Shown: positions 43,881-56,535 of the stretch, in pieces | Layout: the number at the start of each line of letters is the position of its first letter | How positions within the stretch are numbered: position 1 is the first letter of the stretch | From: the human T2T-CHM13v2.0 reference genome, Homo sapiens | Strand: one strand, 5' to 3' | DNA length: 64,000 bases | Assembly: GCF_009914755.1 (NCBI RefSeq) | Contig: NC_060925.1 | Notes under the pieces: generated by a model | Database searches by the model: none | The model's input: the letters and a program-made list of their open reading frames with translations, nothing else | What the model was told of the DNA's origin: nothing | Position numbers and translations under genes: made by a program

Positions 43881-45168
43881 ATCATTCTTATCTTTATGTT
43901 CTATCATGTAATTTCGCCAATGTGGTTAAAACCAGTTAGTTCCCTCGGAAGTTGTCAAACAAGGAGACAGGCATAATATGCTCAGCAATTGGAGATGCCG
44001 CTCTCTTGGTTCAGTTACTCAGAGCTGTCAAAGCGACAGTCGGAATCCCCTTCCTGGAGTGTTGGCTGTGCCTCCTGGGTCTCCCGCGTGGATTCCTCAC
44101 AGATGGCAGGGCACATCCCAGCTCGGCATGTCGACATAGTCACCACCATGGCTTTTAATGAGAACCATTCATTGTAGATGGACGCTTTTGAGTTTTGTAC
44201 AGAGATAAACAGATGGCAAGGTTTGTATAATTTCCTGCTGGGTAATCTGGTACTAGAAGTATGATCTATCTGGAAACTACAAAGTGTTACCTAGTCTAAG
44301 GTGAGTTTTTACAACAGAAGTTAAGGAAAGGCTGAATGGGTCTCTTATGGAATTATGCCCAAATGTTTTACCCTCAACTCTCATTCAGGCTGTTAAGTAC
44401 AGTTCTGTCCCATCTCAACTAAGCAGTCTTAACTTAGAGCTTCCTGTTTCTTTGTTTTGTCTTTTTGTAATTACTTTTTCTGTTTGTTTGGCTGCCTCTG
44501 AAAATACTGTTTCAGGGCAGTCAAGTTTTAGCTTTCCTTTCAACTGAGGGAACTGGCATTGCATATGGTGAGGCTCATCTTCTTTACTGGAAAATGACCA
44601 AGCATTGAACCAATCGCTTGAAAAGCTCTTACTTCAGATCAATTTCCTGTACCAAATGATATCACCTTACTAGGAGGCCTTCACTCTTGTTTTTCAATGA
44701 CCCTTATTTCCTCTGCTTATATGCTTGCATTCTACTTTGGTTAGGTGCTGCCTCATCAGACTGGACTCTTAAACTCAATCAAATTTAGTTATTTGAGCCC
44801 ACCAGGTTTGGGATTTTCTAAAATTAGTTCTTAAGGGGACTTGATATGATTTAGGAGAAGCTCAAATGAAAGGAATTACTGTAAGTAAAAGATTTAGAAT
44901 GGTGCTTGGCACATAATAAGCACTCAATAAATGCTAGCAATTGTGGTGGTTGTTATTATTCCATCATTTTATGCAACTTGTTGGATAGATTCTGTATCCA
45001 ATTGTGGGAATAAGTATAAGAATTTTTCATTCCTTCTGGAGAAATGACATCATGAGAACCCAGACTGAGAAAAAACATTCCTGCATACAAGGTGAAGGGT
45101 GACATATTAAAGATACTATCCTATAACATAAAAAAAATACACAGTTTCCTTTACTGGCTCCTCTTACT

Positions 45169-45297
45169 TTTTTAAATTTGGAAATGGATTCTCGCTATGA
45201 TGCTCAGGCTGGCCTTTGAACTCCTAGGCTCCATCGATCCTCCTGCCTCAGTCTCCTGAGTAGCTGGGACTACAGGTGCATGCCACCACCCCTGGCC
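45169..45297 (-). mobile_element. FLAM-type Alu monomer
   Basis: Single monomer ending ...gccaccacccctggcc. Confidence 0.8.
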
Positions 45298-45914
45298 TCC
45301 ACTCATCTTAGGAGTTCTCCTCCTCTATCCCTACCACCATCATCAACCCTGTTGGGTTCACCTCTATTTCCAGCATCGAATACAGTACCTGGCATTTAGA
45401 AGATGTTCCGTTGGCACTGAACTGCTCTAAAGTGACCTGCCCCAGTCCTAATTCTGCCATGTACTATTTGTGTGACTTTATCACTAAAGTCAGTGATAAA
45501 ATCAGAGTTTGCCCTCAGGGCCCCAGCTTCCTCAATCATAGAATTGGAGGGGGAGCTTGGACTCTAGGATCTCCTGAGTTCCTCCTGGCTCTGAAACTTG
45601 ATGTCACCTTGGGGCATTTGGGTTTCTGTTGACTGGTGGTGTGCTGGAACACTTTATGCATAAACATTCATGTGAGGATGAAGTATAGTTTTACACATGT
45701 TTTTTATCCTGGAAAGTGAAATTAGTTTGGGAAGTTCTTCTTACAATAGATACACAAATTCCTTCTTACATTTTGTTTCCTTTAAGGCCTATGGAAACTG
45801 GTGGGGTTGTCTGTGTGCATATGCCTGTGCATACTTCTGCATCTGTTTATAATTTACAGATAGATGGTAAGAATTTTTTCTGTCAGATCCAAGAATGTTA
45901 AATAGTTGTATCCG

Positions 45915-46290
45915 AAGCTAGTCATCCACTTTTAGGAATATGTTCTAGCGAAATAGCCTGGAATGTAGATAACGATTTATGGATAAAGTGACTATAACAA
46001 TTTTATTTACAGTACTGACAAGCAGAATACAAAATAAAATGCTCAGCAATAGGAGAATGATTATATAAACTTGATAAGAATATTTATACTAAAGAGCCAT
46101 ATACAAAGATATTTTGTTCCACCTCAGCTATTTAGAACAGTAGATATAAAAAGTAGAGGAAATAACCCCAAATGATAATGGTTATTACTGGATAGTGGAT
46201 CATGAAATATTTTTATTCTCTTATTAACACTTCTCTTTCTGTTTTTTTTTACAATGAGTATTATTTTTCGTATGAGAAAAATTATATTTA
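45915..46290 (+). mobile_element. Old L1ME-like fragment
   Basis: ccacttttaggaatat...aaatgctcagcaataggagaatgatt. Confidence 0.5.
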
Positions 46291-46902
46291 AAAGTTCAAA
46301 CCTCATCTGAAATATAGACAATCCTGGTAATAAACACCAAAAATGTCAATGCAGGTTTCTTCACTGCGTGGGAAATACCTTGACAGAAAACAGTGAGATG
46401 GATCAAACTATTCTGCCCCCGAGTTTATTGTATACACCCACTAGTTTCATGCTTGGCATCAGGACCTTCTTTGAAAGGTCCTAACTATAGCATCTGTTGG
46501 ACTGTCTGGCTGGGCTCCATGTCCATGGCACTGCGGTTAAAGGCGGAAAGAGAAGGTCACCCTGTAAACTTTTCTGCCAATGACCACAGCAGCACAGCCA
46601 GCATATGTCTAAATGTGCAGGAATTTGTTCAACACAGAGTTCAATGTTTATAGAAGGGAGTGCAGACCCAGGAAATAATAAAATGAATGAATTTAATTTC
46701 CCACTAAGTGTTTTGTGATGGAGAGCATTAAATAGGAGCTTCCTTGGAATGCTATTAATGCAGCAAACCCTCAGTATCACTTTACTCCAAATCCTGGATT
46801 CTCTAAGCCTGCAGGGGGGTGTGGGAGAAGAAATCCTATCTGAAATCATCCAGACTACTGTAGTTATGCCAGTTTCTGATTGTGTGACCTTGGACAGTTT
46901 AC

Positions 46903-47050
46903 TCATTCACTCACAAAATATTTACTGAGTTGCTGCTTTTTGTGCCAGGTGCTGGGAATAAAAGAATGAAGAAGATGGAAGACTTGCTGTCATAAAGATT
47001 AATGCCCATTGGGGTTGGAAGGAGATGCAGACAAGATATTTCACTTCGTT
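46903..47050 (-). mobile_element. L2 3' end
   Basis: tcattcactcacaaaatatttactgagt...tgtgccaggtgctggg. Confidence 0.7.
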
Positions 47051-47059
47051 GCAACTCTT

Positions 47060-48150
47060 GTTTTCTTTGTCTTTTCCTTGAATTCTTTGGTTCTTCCCAG
47101 TTTGGTCTCAGGCCTTCTCTCACATTGTGCAATCTCACTTGAGAGTTTCAGGCTCTCCTGTCCTTGCAGATACTGCTTACTGAGGAAGGATTGGCCATCT
47201 ATAAGTCGAGGCTGGGGTGCCCTCCTGAGCTATGGACTCATAGCACTGGTAGTCAGCTGGATAGTTCCCCTTGGCAGTCTAACAACTGTGTATAAGTTGG
47301 CTTGTTCAAAACTGAGTTTGGTGTCATCTCCACTTCTCTTCCCTGCAAACTGGCTTCTCCTGTGTTTCCTGTCCCCATGAATGGCCCCATTGTCCATCCA
47401 GTGTCCGAGCCAGAAATCTCCGCTCTTCCATGTGTTTTCCACCCCTCCATGTGTGATGAACCGTCCAGTTCTGTGGATTCCCCCTCCCGTGTTGATCTCA
47501 TTCATTTCAGTCCCCTTCTTTTTAATCTAACCACTACCTCTCTTGAGGTTTCCCTGCCACCTGTCTTTCTCCCTTTCACATTCCAGACAGATGAATCTGT
47601 CTCCTTGTAACTCTGATCACATGACTCCTCTGCACAGTGCCTCCTGCCTGGCTGCCCACTGCCCTTTCTCTTTAATATGGCACTCCTGAGTTCTCCAGTC
47701 TAATTACCTGCCCTCTTTTTCCTCAAATCTTAAGACTTTAGTCATAAATCATTACTTTCTTTTATCCATATCATACTCATTTTACCTTATGACCTTTATA
47801 TCTTCATGCATGCTGTTACCTCTGTTTAGAATGTTCTCTCCCTTGCGTCTTCCTCCCCCACTCCTTCCCTCATTTATCTGAACCACCCCATTTCATTCTT
47901 TAGATATTGAATCAGACACTACTTCCTCCAGGAAATCTTTATCGAATTCCCAAGTCTAGGTTGGACACCTCTACTTCCTGTTGCCATAGACCCTGTACCT
48001 CCTCCATCATCACCATTAAGACACTGCTTGGTCTCCTTGCTATCACCAGAAGACCATGGGCTTGGTGAGGGCAGAGGCCACCACTTTTTGTGTTTCTAGA
48101 ATCTAGCCCAGTAATATGTAATTGTAGGTACTTAATAAATATTGATTAAA
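47060..48150 (+). mobile_element. L2 (about 1 kb)
   Basis: gttcaaaactgag...gccccattgtccatccagt...acttcctccaggaaatc...gtaggtacttaataaatattgatt. Confidence 0.75.
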
Positions 48151-48454
48151 AGATAAATTTTTGTTTCTCCGGATGACATTAGTCTGGACATAAAAGTAAG
48201 GTTACACAGTAATAATAATAACACACCAATTGTTTTGTTCTGTTGGTCCTTCCTTGGACCAAACTCTGGTTATAACTCTTGCTTCCTTTAGGAAGCTCTT
48301 CAACCTCTCTGGCAAACTCACATTGTGTAGTTCATGCCACTGAACCCTAAGATCAACCGCACTTAAAAAAATACATTGGTATAAAAGGAATCATACATGG
48401 GCTGCTGTCTAAGATTCTGATTAGAAAGGAGAAAAATGCCTAAGTAAGAATAAT

Positions 48455-48670
48455 AGTTAACATTCACTGACAGCGTCTTCTGCCAGGCGCCTTCTAACTA
48501 CTTTACATGAATTATTTTGATCCTCCCAACAACGCTATGAGCAAAGTATAATTATTTCCATTGTACAGATGAGAAAGCTGAGATCCAGAGAAGTTAAGCA
48601 ACCAGCTTCAGGGCACAGAGCAGAAGTGGTGGAACCAATGCAGGCAGTCTGATTCCATGGTCACCACCCT
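48455..48670 (-). mobile_element. MIR
   Basis: ccattgtacagatgagaaagctgagatccagagaagttaag. Confidence 0.8.
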
Positions 48671-48909
48671 TGCTGCCTCCCTCTATGAACTCTAAAAAAT
48701 CTTTAGCCCTAACCTTCTATGTTTCTCTGGTTGTCAAAAGCAAAAGCGAGCCTGGCTAATAAGGCATTTGCAATTGCAGGGCTTCCTCTCACTCAGACAG
48801 TATCCCTGGTTGCTGGAGGACCCAGCCAGTACAGATGGGGGTCAGTCCCCTCTAAGCCCTCTGTGATCACATCCTTATTTCCTAGATAGATGTTCATGCT
48901 GTTCATGAG

Positions 48910-49170
48910 AGACAGTATAGCACAGTGGCTAAAAAGTGGACTCTGAATTCTGACTACCTGAGAGCAAACCACAACCCTTTCACTCATTAGGTATATGACC
49001 TTGGGCAAATTATTTAAACCCCTTAGGCCTCACTTTCCTCATTTATACAAGGAGGATATTAATAATATTACTTAACCCATAAGCTATTATAAGGATTAAA
49101 GGAGTTAATATATGTGTAACACACTTAGAACAAGGCTTGGCCCACAATAAGCACTAAGTGTGCTTAGTCC
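48910..49170 (+). mobile_element. MIR, near full length
   Basis: acagtatagcacagtggctaa...gaccttgggcaaattatttaaacc...aaggattaaa...cacttagaaca. Confidence 0.9.
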
Positions 49171-49969
49171 ACTTTTTGATTAGTATTTTTGTAATTAAAA
49201 TAATCTTGTTAATATTTACTCAAGCTGGTCTTAGAGTGCTTTGATTAAGTACCAGGTTAGCTCAACTACTGATTGAGCTGTAGATATCTGGTAGATACCT
49301 ACCAGTTCTTTCATCTCATTATGGGCTTTAATATATATATGTATTACTCAGAAAGATAAAAATAAATCATCTGCAAAACCCCACTTGAAAGGTTTTCATA
49401 AATCTTGTAAAAGTTGGGCCAAGTTTAAAGATTGCTGCCCAGATTGGTTTAAAGCCCTTCATTGTCTACAATCTAATGGGGATGCTTATAAAGGGAGGAT
49501 CTGGAATGGTCTGTCTGGCAGTGTGTGTGGTCACCGGAATCACGGCCTTTTATCTACCTGATGGGTATGAGTAGGAGGAGTTGGCTCAGGCTCCAGGAAA
49601 GTCAGCAGATGATAAAGCCCTTGTCCTCGGTCTTGCTCATGCCAGCAGTTGGAGAGCAGTATATTGTGTGTTATCAGGTTCTCAGACCCTAGCCTGGCAT
49701 TCATGGGCTATTCTCCAGCCTTGATCAAACCCACCTTTCCACTGTATACCGTTCCACACTTACCCTTTCTTTTGCTTAGAATTTTCTCACCCTATCTGAG
49801 TAAGACCTAATCCTAAAGAGGCCCAGATTAAAAGCCATTTCATTCCTGAAGTTTTTTCTTAGCACTCTACTGGCTGTGTTCTTTTCCTTTGCACTATGCC
49901 TACGTCTCATGCCTGTTTTCCCTTTCTATATTTGTTGTGCTTATAGGAATTTGCCATCTAACCTGGGCT

Positions 49970-50160
49970 CTCAAATACTTAAAGTTTTCACATCCATCCT
50001 TTTATTTAGACCTTAAAACAGCCCCATGAGGAATGTAGCATTTTCATCCTCACTTTTCCGATGAGGAACCCAGGGCTCAGAGAGGTTACGTGATTTGCCT
50101 AAAACACAAAGTTTTAGGCAAAGTTAAGTCAGACTCCAACTTTGGTGCATTTTTTCTCTG
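49970..50160 (-). mobile_element. MIR
   Basis: gatgaggaacccagggctcagagaggttacgtgatttgcc. Confidence 0.75.
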
Positions 50161-50409
50161 CCCCAGGCTCCCTCCTTGAAGTCTTATGTCATGTCTTGCT
50201 CAAGTTTGTATCTCCCTGCAGTGCCTAGCACAGCTTTAGGCTCAGTAAGGTTTTTTTATTTATTTATTCAACTTACATTTATTGTATCTATGAGGTGTTA
50301 GTTAGGTCTTGGGTACTAGCATTAAGCAAACATAGATATTTGTGGAAGAAAAGAAGGAAAGAAGGGATGTGGACATTTTTGTTTTACTTAGTAAGGTGGG
50401 TGGCATACG

Positions 50410-50690
50410 ATTCATAAGCTCAAATCCCAACCAGGGCAGGTAAAAATGAGTTAAGAAGGTTGGGCATGACCCACTGAAAAGTAATGGGGACTCTTGCTAA
50501 CTGGACATCAATACTGTCTAATGGAAGCGACCACAACTTAATTCCAGTTAATCATTGCCATGTTGGAATATGGGCCTAGTGTTTTGAGATTTTCCATTTT
50601 TTCAAGAAAAGCTGGAAGTCCAGACTTACTATACAGTTTCTTTATAGTCAATGTTGCCAACTAATTTGTTTTTATTTTTTAATTGAACAG
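50410..50690. mobile_element. MER102-like hAT-Charlie fragment
   Basis: gggcctagtgttttgagattttccattttttcaagaaaagctggaagtcc...aatgttgccaactaattt. Confidence 0.6.
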
Positions 50691-51414
50691 CTAAACAATA
50701 CATGGCTCATGGTTACCACTAACCTCCTTGAAATGCTGAGGATTGAGCCAACCATGCAGCCAGTGGTGCCCACGCTTCTGAGGCAGGGAGCCAGTGCTCA
50801 GGAAGGGCAGGCTGCTGCTTCTCTCCTTCTCCTTGTTAGCCCCCATGTGGGTCTCACCCACCTGCAGGCCTGTCTTGGCTTTGCAGCAATACTCCACCTC
50901 TTTGCCCCTGCCCTCCTAGCTTGTCTCCCGTTCTTTCCCTGCTGTCAGGGGTGGTGACTGCCCTGTCTCCTTCGCAGAGATCCTCGACACTGGATCTCAC
51001 CCTCTAATTTAGCTCCTTGTCTTTATTGCGATGAATGAGGTTGAGCAGATGACAAGCAGAGATCTCTGGGCAGAAGATCAAACGCTCCCCCTGGGCTGCC
51101 CAGAGCATATTTATGACTGCTGCTTTGGGAAGTTCCACCCACGATAATGCGATGCCTGCAGAGAGTGAACTTATCTACCCTCTCCATACCTCTACCCAGT
51201 CCCAGTGGGAAGATAGAGATTTGTAAAGAAGACCTCAGAAAACAGAATCCGTGACAATCTGTTTGGAATTTTCTCTTCAGCTTTGTGATTTGGTGACTAT
51301 AAATTAATAGAACACTCATGTAAAATATGACTGGAGATAGTTGTGCTAAGTGACTCCTGCTTCAGGGACTAGTCATAGAGTCCCCAATATTGGGACACAG
51401 GGTGGCTCAAAATA

Positions 51415-51570
51415 CAATTTTAGGGGCATCAGCAACAGACTTGCTGGATGTTTGTTAAAAAAAACCCAATCCCTGAACTTCATCCCAGATCTAGGGGTGG
51501 GGTCTGGGAATATGCATCTTAACAAGAATCACAGCAGATTCTGATATATGTGAAGATTAGAAACCTGTAA
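51415..51570. mobile_element. MER5A-like fragment
   Basis: ggggtggggtctgggaatatgcatcttaacaag...gattctgat. Confidence 0.6.
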
Positions 51571-51944
51571 CTAATGATAATAATGAACACAGAACCCTAA
51601 GTATTCTAAGTGCTATGTATTTATTTCTTACAACATGCCTATGAGACACTGGTTTTTCTAAGTGTGGAGTAGATATCACTGTTTGCAATTATTTTGGGTG
51701 CTACACGGAGACATTTTTTAAAAAAGATTTCAAAGTTATGTGTTTAACTTACATATAAAACTCATATGTGTAATAAACCCACTAAACACTCATAAGTTCA
51801 TCAACATTATTGCTTAAGTAAAGGCTAAATGTATTTAAATAAAAATAGTGAATCAATTTAAAGGGAAATATTAAATAAATACTAATTCTGGTAACAAACA
51901 TTGTGAGGGTAGAATGGGGAAAATTCAAGTTTGCAAAGCATTGA

Positions 51945-52170
51945 GATGAGTGGAAAAGCTCTGTACTGAGTCAAAGAATTTGGGTTTAAACCTTGAATTA
52001 AATTCTTACTAGCTGTGTGGCCTTGAGCAAATCTCTATCTCTCTGAGTTTTAGCTTCATTCTTAGCAAAATGGAAATATTAAAACAAATTCAGCTAGGCT
52101 GTGGTGAAAAGCATATGAGAAAAAAAATAAAAGAACACTTAATAGGTGGTCAAGAAATATTATTGAATAT
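51945..52170 (+). mobile_element. MIR
   Basis: cttactagctgtgtggccttgagcaa. Confidence 0.7.
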
Positions 52171-52215
52171 AAATATTACTCTAATCTTTCTGAAGTATTA
52201 ATTCAATATGAGGTG

Positions 52216-52338
52216 TTTTTCATTGTTGTTGTTTTGAGACAGAGTCCCCTGTCACGCAGGCTGGAGTGCAGTGGCGCAATCTCAGCTCAATGCAACCTTC
52301 GCTTCCCAGGTTCAAGCAATTCTTCTGCCTCAGCCTCC
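52216..52338 (-). mobile_element. 5'-truncated AluS right-arm fragment with TSD (C)AATATGAG
   Basis: gagacagagtc...gcctcagcctcc flanked by caatatgag on both sides. Confidence 0.85.
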
Positions 52339-52402
52339 AATATGAGTTTTTAATGTGGACATTACTTGAATCTCCTTTAAAACTTGTTAGAAATGTAAAC
52401 CC

Positions 52403-52577
52403 TTTTTTTTCTTTTTTATTGTTTTTAGAGATAGGATCTTGCGCTGTTGCCCAGGCTGGAGTGCAGTGGTATGATCGTAGCCCACTGTAACCGCACACTC
52501 CTGGGCTCAAGCAATCCTCCTGCCTCAGCCTCCTGAGTAGCTAGAACTATATAGGTGCACACCATCACCACCGGCTA
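52403..52577 (-). mobile_element. FRAM / AluJ right monomer
   Basis: ctcctgggctcaagcaatcctcctgcctcagcc; single monomer. Confidence 0.8.
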
Positions 52578-52861
52578 CCAACTCTTATTTCTCATATCTT
52601 TCTCTGAGTTATGTTTTCACTACATTTACTGAGGTATGAGGGGGACAGTGCAGAACTTGGGTTCCACCTCTGCCTTTAGCTATCGATGTGATCTCTGACA
52701 AGACATTTTGCCTCATTGTGCCTCAGTTTTATAATCTGTAAAGTGGGATTGCACTCAAAGACTTACAGGTTTTCTCCCAACGTCTTTGTATTGGAGCTTT
52801 TTTTAAATTATCTATAATAAACTGAGAACAGTCAGAGCATAGATTAAATATCACTTTTGCC

Positions 52862-53131
52862 CAGTAGGCAATTGGCCAGAACTGCTCTACAGTGGCCCAA
52901 CTTACAGGTTTCATCTTCTCACGTTCTTTGGAGGTGCTAACGAGCAGTAAAACCAAATGGCTGGCAGAAGGAAGAGGAAAAAAGAGGATACTGGAGCAAG
53001 GAATTTGGATTCTCTTCAAGCTCAAAATATCTCCCAAACGAATAAAAGTTGATTATGTTTTTATAGTACTATAGTTCGATGGTACGATATATCTTGTTAA
53101 TAGAATCATGCTGGCACTGGACTGAAGAGAT
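52862..53131. repeat. Old inverted duplication, arm A (partner 54278-54496 + 55238-55283)
   Basis: Reverse-complement alignment, e.g. gaggtgctaacgagc / aaggtgctaatgagc and aaagttgattatgtttttatagtac / aaagttggttatggttttatagtac. Confidence 0.9.
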
Positions 53132-54183
53132 TCATGATTAAGTTATGTCTATTTCTTTCTGCCTTAGAAATAGCAATGAAACCTGGATTTTTTTTATATG
53201 GGAGCTCTTCAGTCTTTAAAAAACTGAATTAATAACTGAGATGGCATAATTAGCTGCCTGGATGAGCTCTCAGAAATCAACTTTTCTTTGGGTCAGCTGT
53301 CTTCCAGTTAAGCAGTTATGCGGAAACCTTTCTTTTTCATGCCCGGAAGTATAAAACAGAAAAATCATGGGATGCTGAAATTGCTGAACACACACGAAGC
53401 GGTGCCACAGTGTCCCCACCCTGTGCCAAAGCAAATTTCTGAGCGTTATGTAATTTCTCCCTGGCTTTGAGCTCCCATGATCCTGTCTGAGGTTTATGCT
53501 ATACAATCTGCTAAAGCTGAGCTCTTTCAGGCACTTCCTTGGCGGGTGACATCTTGTCAATATTAGAGACCTGTGATTGGGAGAGGGGAGAGAGGCTCCC
53601 ATCATTTCAGTCTACATCCAGCACCCTGCATTTTCCAAAATTCATGCTGGGGATTGCTAAAACAGACGGCATTTGTTGGCTGAAGAGTAAATCACGACTT
53701 TTGTGGGTACATTCATTCATTTGGAAAGTATTTTTGATCATTCACTGGGCTAATAGTGCTGTGGGGAATTTGAAAAAATGTATTTTATATGGTTTCAAAA
53801 ACAAAGTCTATGGTAGAGCTTTTGCCCTCAAGGAATTTACAGTCCTTTAGAGAGCCAAGACATGCATTTTTAAGTTAACTAACAGCATGCACAAAAACTA
53901 GATACCCCTGTGATACACTAGTGGTAAAGCTAGCAAAAGGTAATGTCATGGAGTGTGAGTTCTGGTTGGGTGATCTTGTCTAATTCTCTTACATTCCCAG
54001 TGAAGAAACTTAACCACAGAAAAGTAGGAAAGGCCGACCTGAGGAAGCACAGCCAGGAAAGGATTGCATTTAGGCTTGAATGCAAATCTCATAATGCTTT
54101 TTGCACTCTGCTTTCTGCTACCCCACAGCCATCTCTCTATATGTTTAAGCATGAAAGTGGTGATTTCAGAAAACTGTTGATGC

Positions 54184-54280
54184 TCAGAGGGAGAAAATTG
54201 GCCAACTTTAGGAATCAAAATTCCAATATTGCTCCAGGTAATGCCAGAGAAACATAATTTGACCTAATATGGTCCACATC
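54184..54280 (+). repeat. Direct duplication B (partner 55480-55583)
   Basis: tcagagggagaaaa(t/g)tggccaacttta(g/a)gaatcaaaattc...ccacatc. Confidence 0.92.
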
Positions 54281-54496
54281 TTTCTAGTCCAGTGTCAACA
54301 TCATTCATTAACTAGATATACACTGTTATGTACTATAAAACCATAACCAACTTTCCACCATTTTGGAGAAATTTCTAGCATAAGGAGAATCTAGATCCCT
54401 GGTTTGTCGGTGTCATCTTTTTTCTTCCTCCTTTTGTCAGTCACTTGGTCATATTGCTCATTAGCACCTTCAAATGGATATAGGAAAATGAAACTA

Positions 54497-55237
54497 CAGG
54501 TTGAGTATCCCTTATCCAAAAATCTTGGGCCAGAAGTGTTTTGGAGTTCAGAATTTTTTGGATTTTGGAATATTTGCATATATATGGTGAGATATCTAGG
54601 ACACAGGACATGGGTCTAAACACAAAATTCATTATGTTTCATATACACCTATATTAGTCCATTCTCACACTGCTAATAAAGACATACCCCAGACTGGGTA
54701 ATTTATAAAGAAAAGAGATTTAATTGACTCACAGTTCCGCATATCTGGGGAAGCCTCAGGAAACTTAGAATCATGGCAGAAGGGAAAGCAAACATGTTCT
54801 TCTTCACATAATGGCAGCAAGGAGAAGAATGAGAGTGAAGTGGGGGGAAAGCCCCTTATAAAACCATCAGATCTCATGGGAACTCACTCACTATCACGAG
54901 AACAGCATGGAGGTAATTGCCCCCCATGATTCATTTACCTCCCATTGGGTCCCTCCCATGACACATGGGGAATTATGGGAACTACAGTTCAAGATGAGAT
55001 TTGGGTGAGGACACAGGCAAACCATATCAACACCTTACACACATAGCTTGAATATTTATACAATATTTTTTAGTAATTTTGTGCCTGAAACAAAATTTTG
55101 ACTGCATTTTGACTGTGACCTATCACATGAAGTCGGGTGTGGAATTTTTCACCTGTGGTTTCATGTTGGCGCTCCAAAAGTTTTGGGTTTTGGAGCATTT
55201 TGGATTTTGGATTTTTGGGTTAGGGATGCTCAACCTG
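54497..55237. mobile_element. Tigger4b/MER46-like MITE, TA TSD, split by THE1C
   Basis: TIRs caggttgagtatccct / agggatgctcaacctg. Confidence 0.9.
54650..55029 (-). mobile_element. THE1C-like solo LTR, TSD ACACC
   Basis: tattagtccattctcacactgctaataaagac...aaaccatatca; ACACC at 54645-54649 and 55030-55034. Confidence 0.93.
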
Positions 55238-55244
55238 TAGTGAG

Positions 55245-55415
55245 TTGGCTGTCACTCAGCAGCTCTGGAAAATTACCTGTCTGCACTGAATTTCCTCATC
55301 AGTAAAATGGAAATGATTATAGTACTGACCTTGTAGGATTATTCTAAAAATCAGAGAAGTTCATGCAGCTTAGAACAGTGCCAGGCACATGGCAAATGCT
55401 ATGGCATACTTAAGC
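55245..55415 (+). mobile_element. MIR
   Basis: aatttcctcatcagtaaaatgg...cttagaacagtgccaggcacat. Confidence 0.8.
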
Positions 55416-55479
55416 ATCTTCCTCTGTGGTGCCTCGTCATCACCATGTGATTGTGCCTTGCTTGTCCCTGTTTCACTTT

Positions 55480-55583
55480 TCAGAGGGAGAAAAGTGGCCA
55501 ACTTTAAGAATCAAAATTCTGATGTTACTTCGGGAAATGCATAGAGCCAGAGAGACACAATTTGACTTAGTATGATCCACATC
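55480..55583 (+). repeat. Direct duplication B' (partner 54184-54280)
   Basis: Direct alignment. Confidence 0.92.
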
Positions 55584-56535
55584 ATCCCCTCAGGCTGAAT
55601 AGTGGTGGCATGCACATCTATACCAAAATGTTTTACCTTTTTTGTAGAAGGAAAATATTTGTATCTTCTATTCCATATCTTAGATCTTTATAAGAGCACT
55701 TAAGTTCAACCTCCTAAGAAACTGCCAATTTTGTTGATCATGATAGTCTGCACAGATTTTCGTACTATTTAGTGTTGGGAGTGCCTTAGGGACCATCAAC
55801 AACAGGCCCCTCCTTTTATCCATGAGACTACTGAGGCCTTGGAGGTTATTTGTCCATCCATGGCGGGTGCACACTAGAGGTTATCTGGTTAGTAGCCCAA
55901 CTAAGATTAGAACCCAGGAATTTTGATTTAATCTCAAATGACCTCTTTTATTTCTGCATCCGGGAAGGAGAAGAGGAAAGTAAACGGGAAATTCATGTTA
56001 TCTATGGAAAAGTTATCAGTTTGATGTTTATTAAATGATTTGTTTCAGGAGATTGTTTACAACTTTTATCTTCCTAGACAATAATTTTCTGTAAGAGTAA
56101 AGTCATGGTCATTAAGGTAGTCATATTAATGTATTCAGTAAGCTGTGTGGTGTGGATAATTTTGGTTTTGACAATAATTATACTTTTATTGAACACTTCC
56201 TGTGTGACAGATCATTTATGTTCTTTTCTGCTGAAAATTCAGTATGGGCTGGGATCACATTTATTTTGTAGATTATTCTGTCTGCAATTCCCAAATATAG
56301 TGGGCAGCACATGGTAAACACTTTGTAAATAATTGTAACATGTTGTAGTTTTGTTATAGCGTTATGCTTTGTAAAATTAAAAGTAGCTATATCCTTCTAT
56401 GATCCAGAAATTTCACTTCTGGTTATATAAATCAAAGAAATCCTCATATGGTTCTATAAGAGAACATGTATAAGCATGTTCATCACAGCATTGTTGGTGA
56501 TAGCTGGGAATTGGAGACAATCTGAACACACATCT

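Larger units (their letters stand above)
54278..55283. repeat. Inverted duplication arm A', interrupted by Tigger4 and THE1C
   Basis: Homology to 52862-53131 resumes after the Tigger TA at 55238. Confidence 0.85.
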
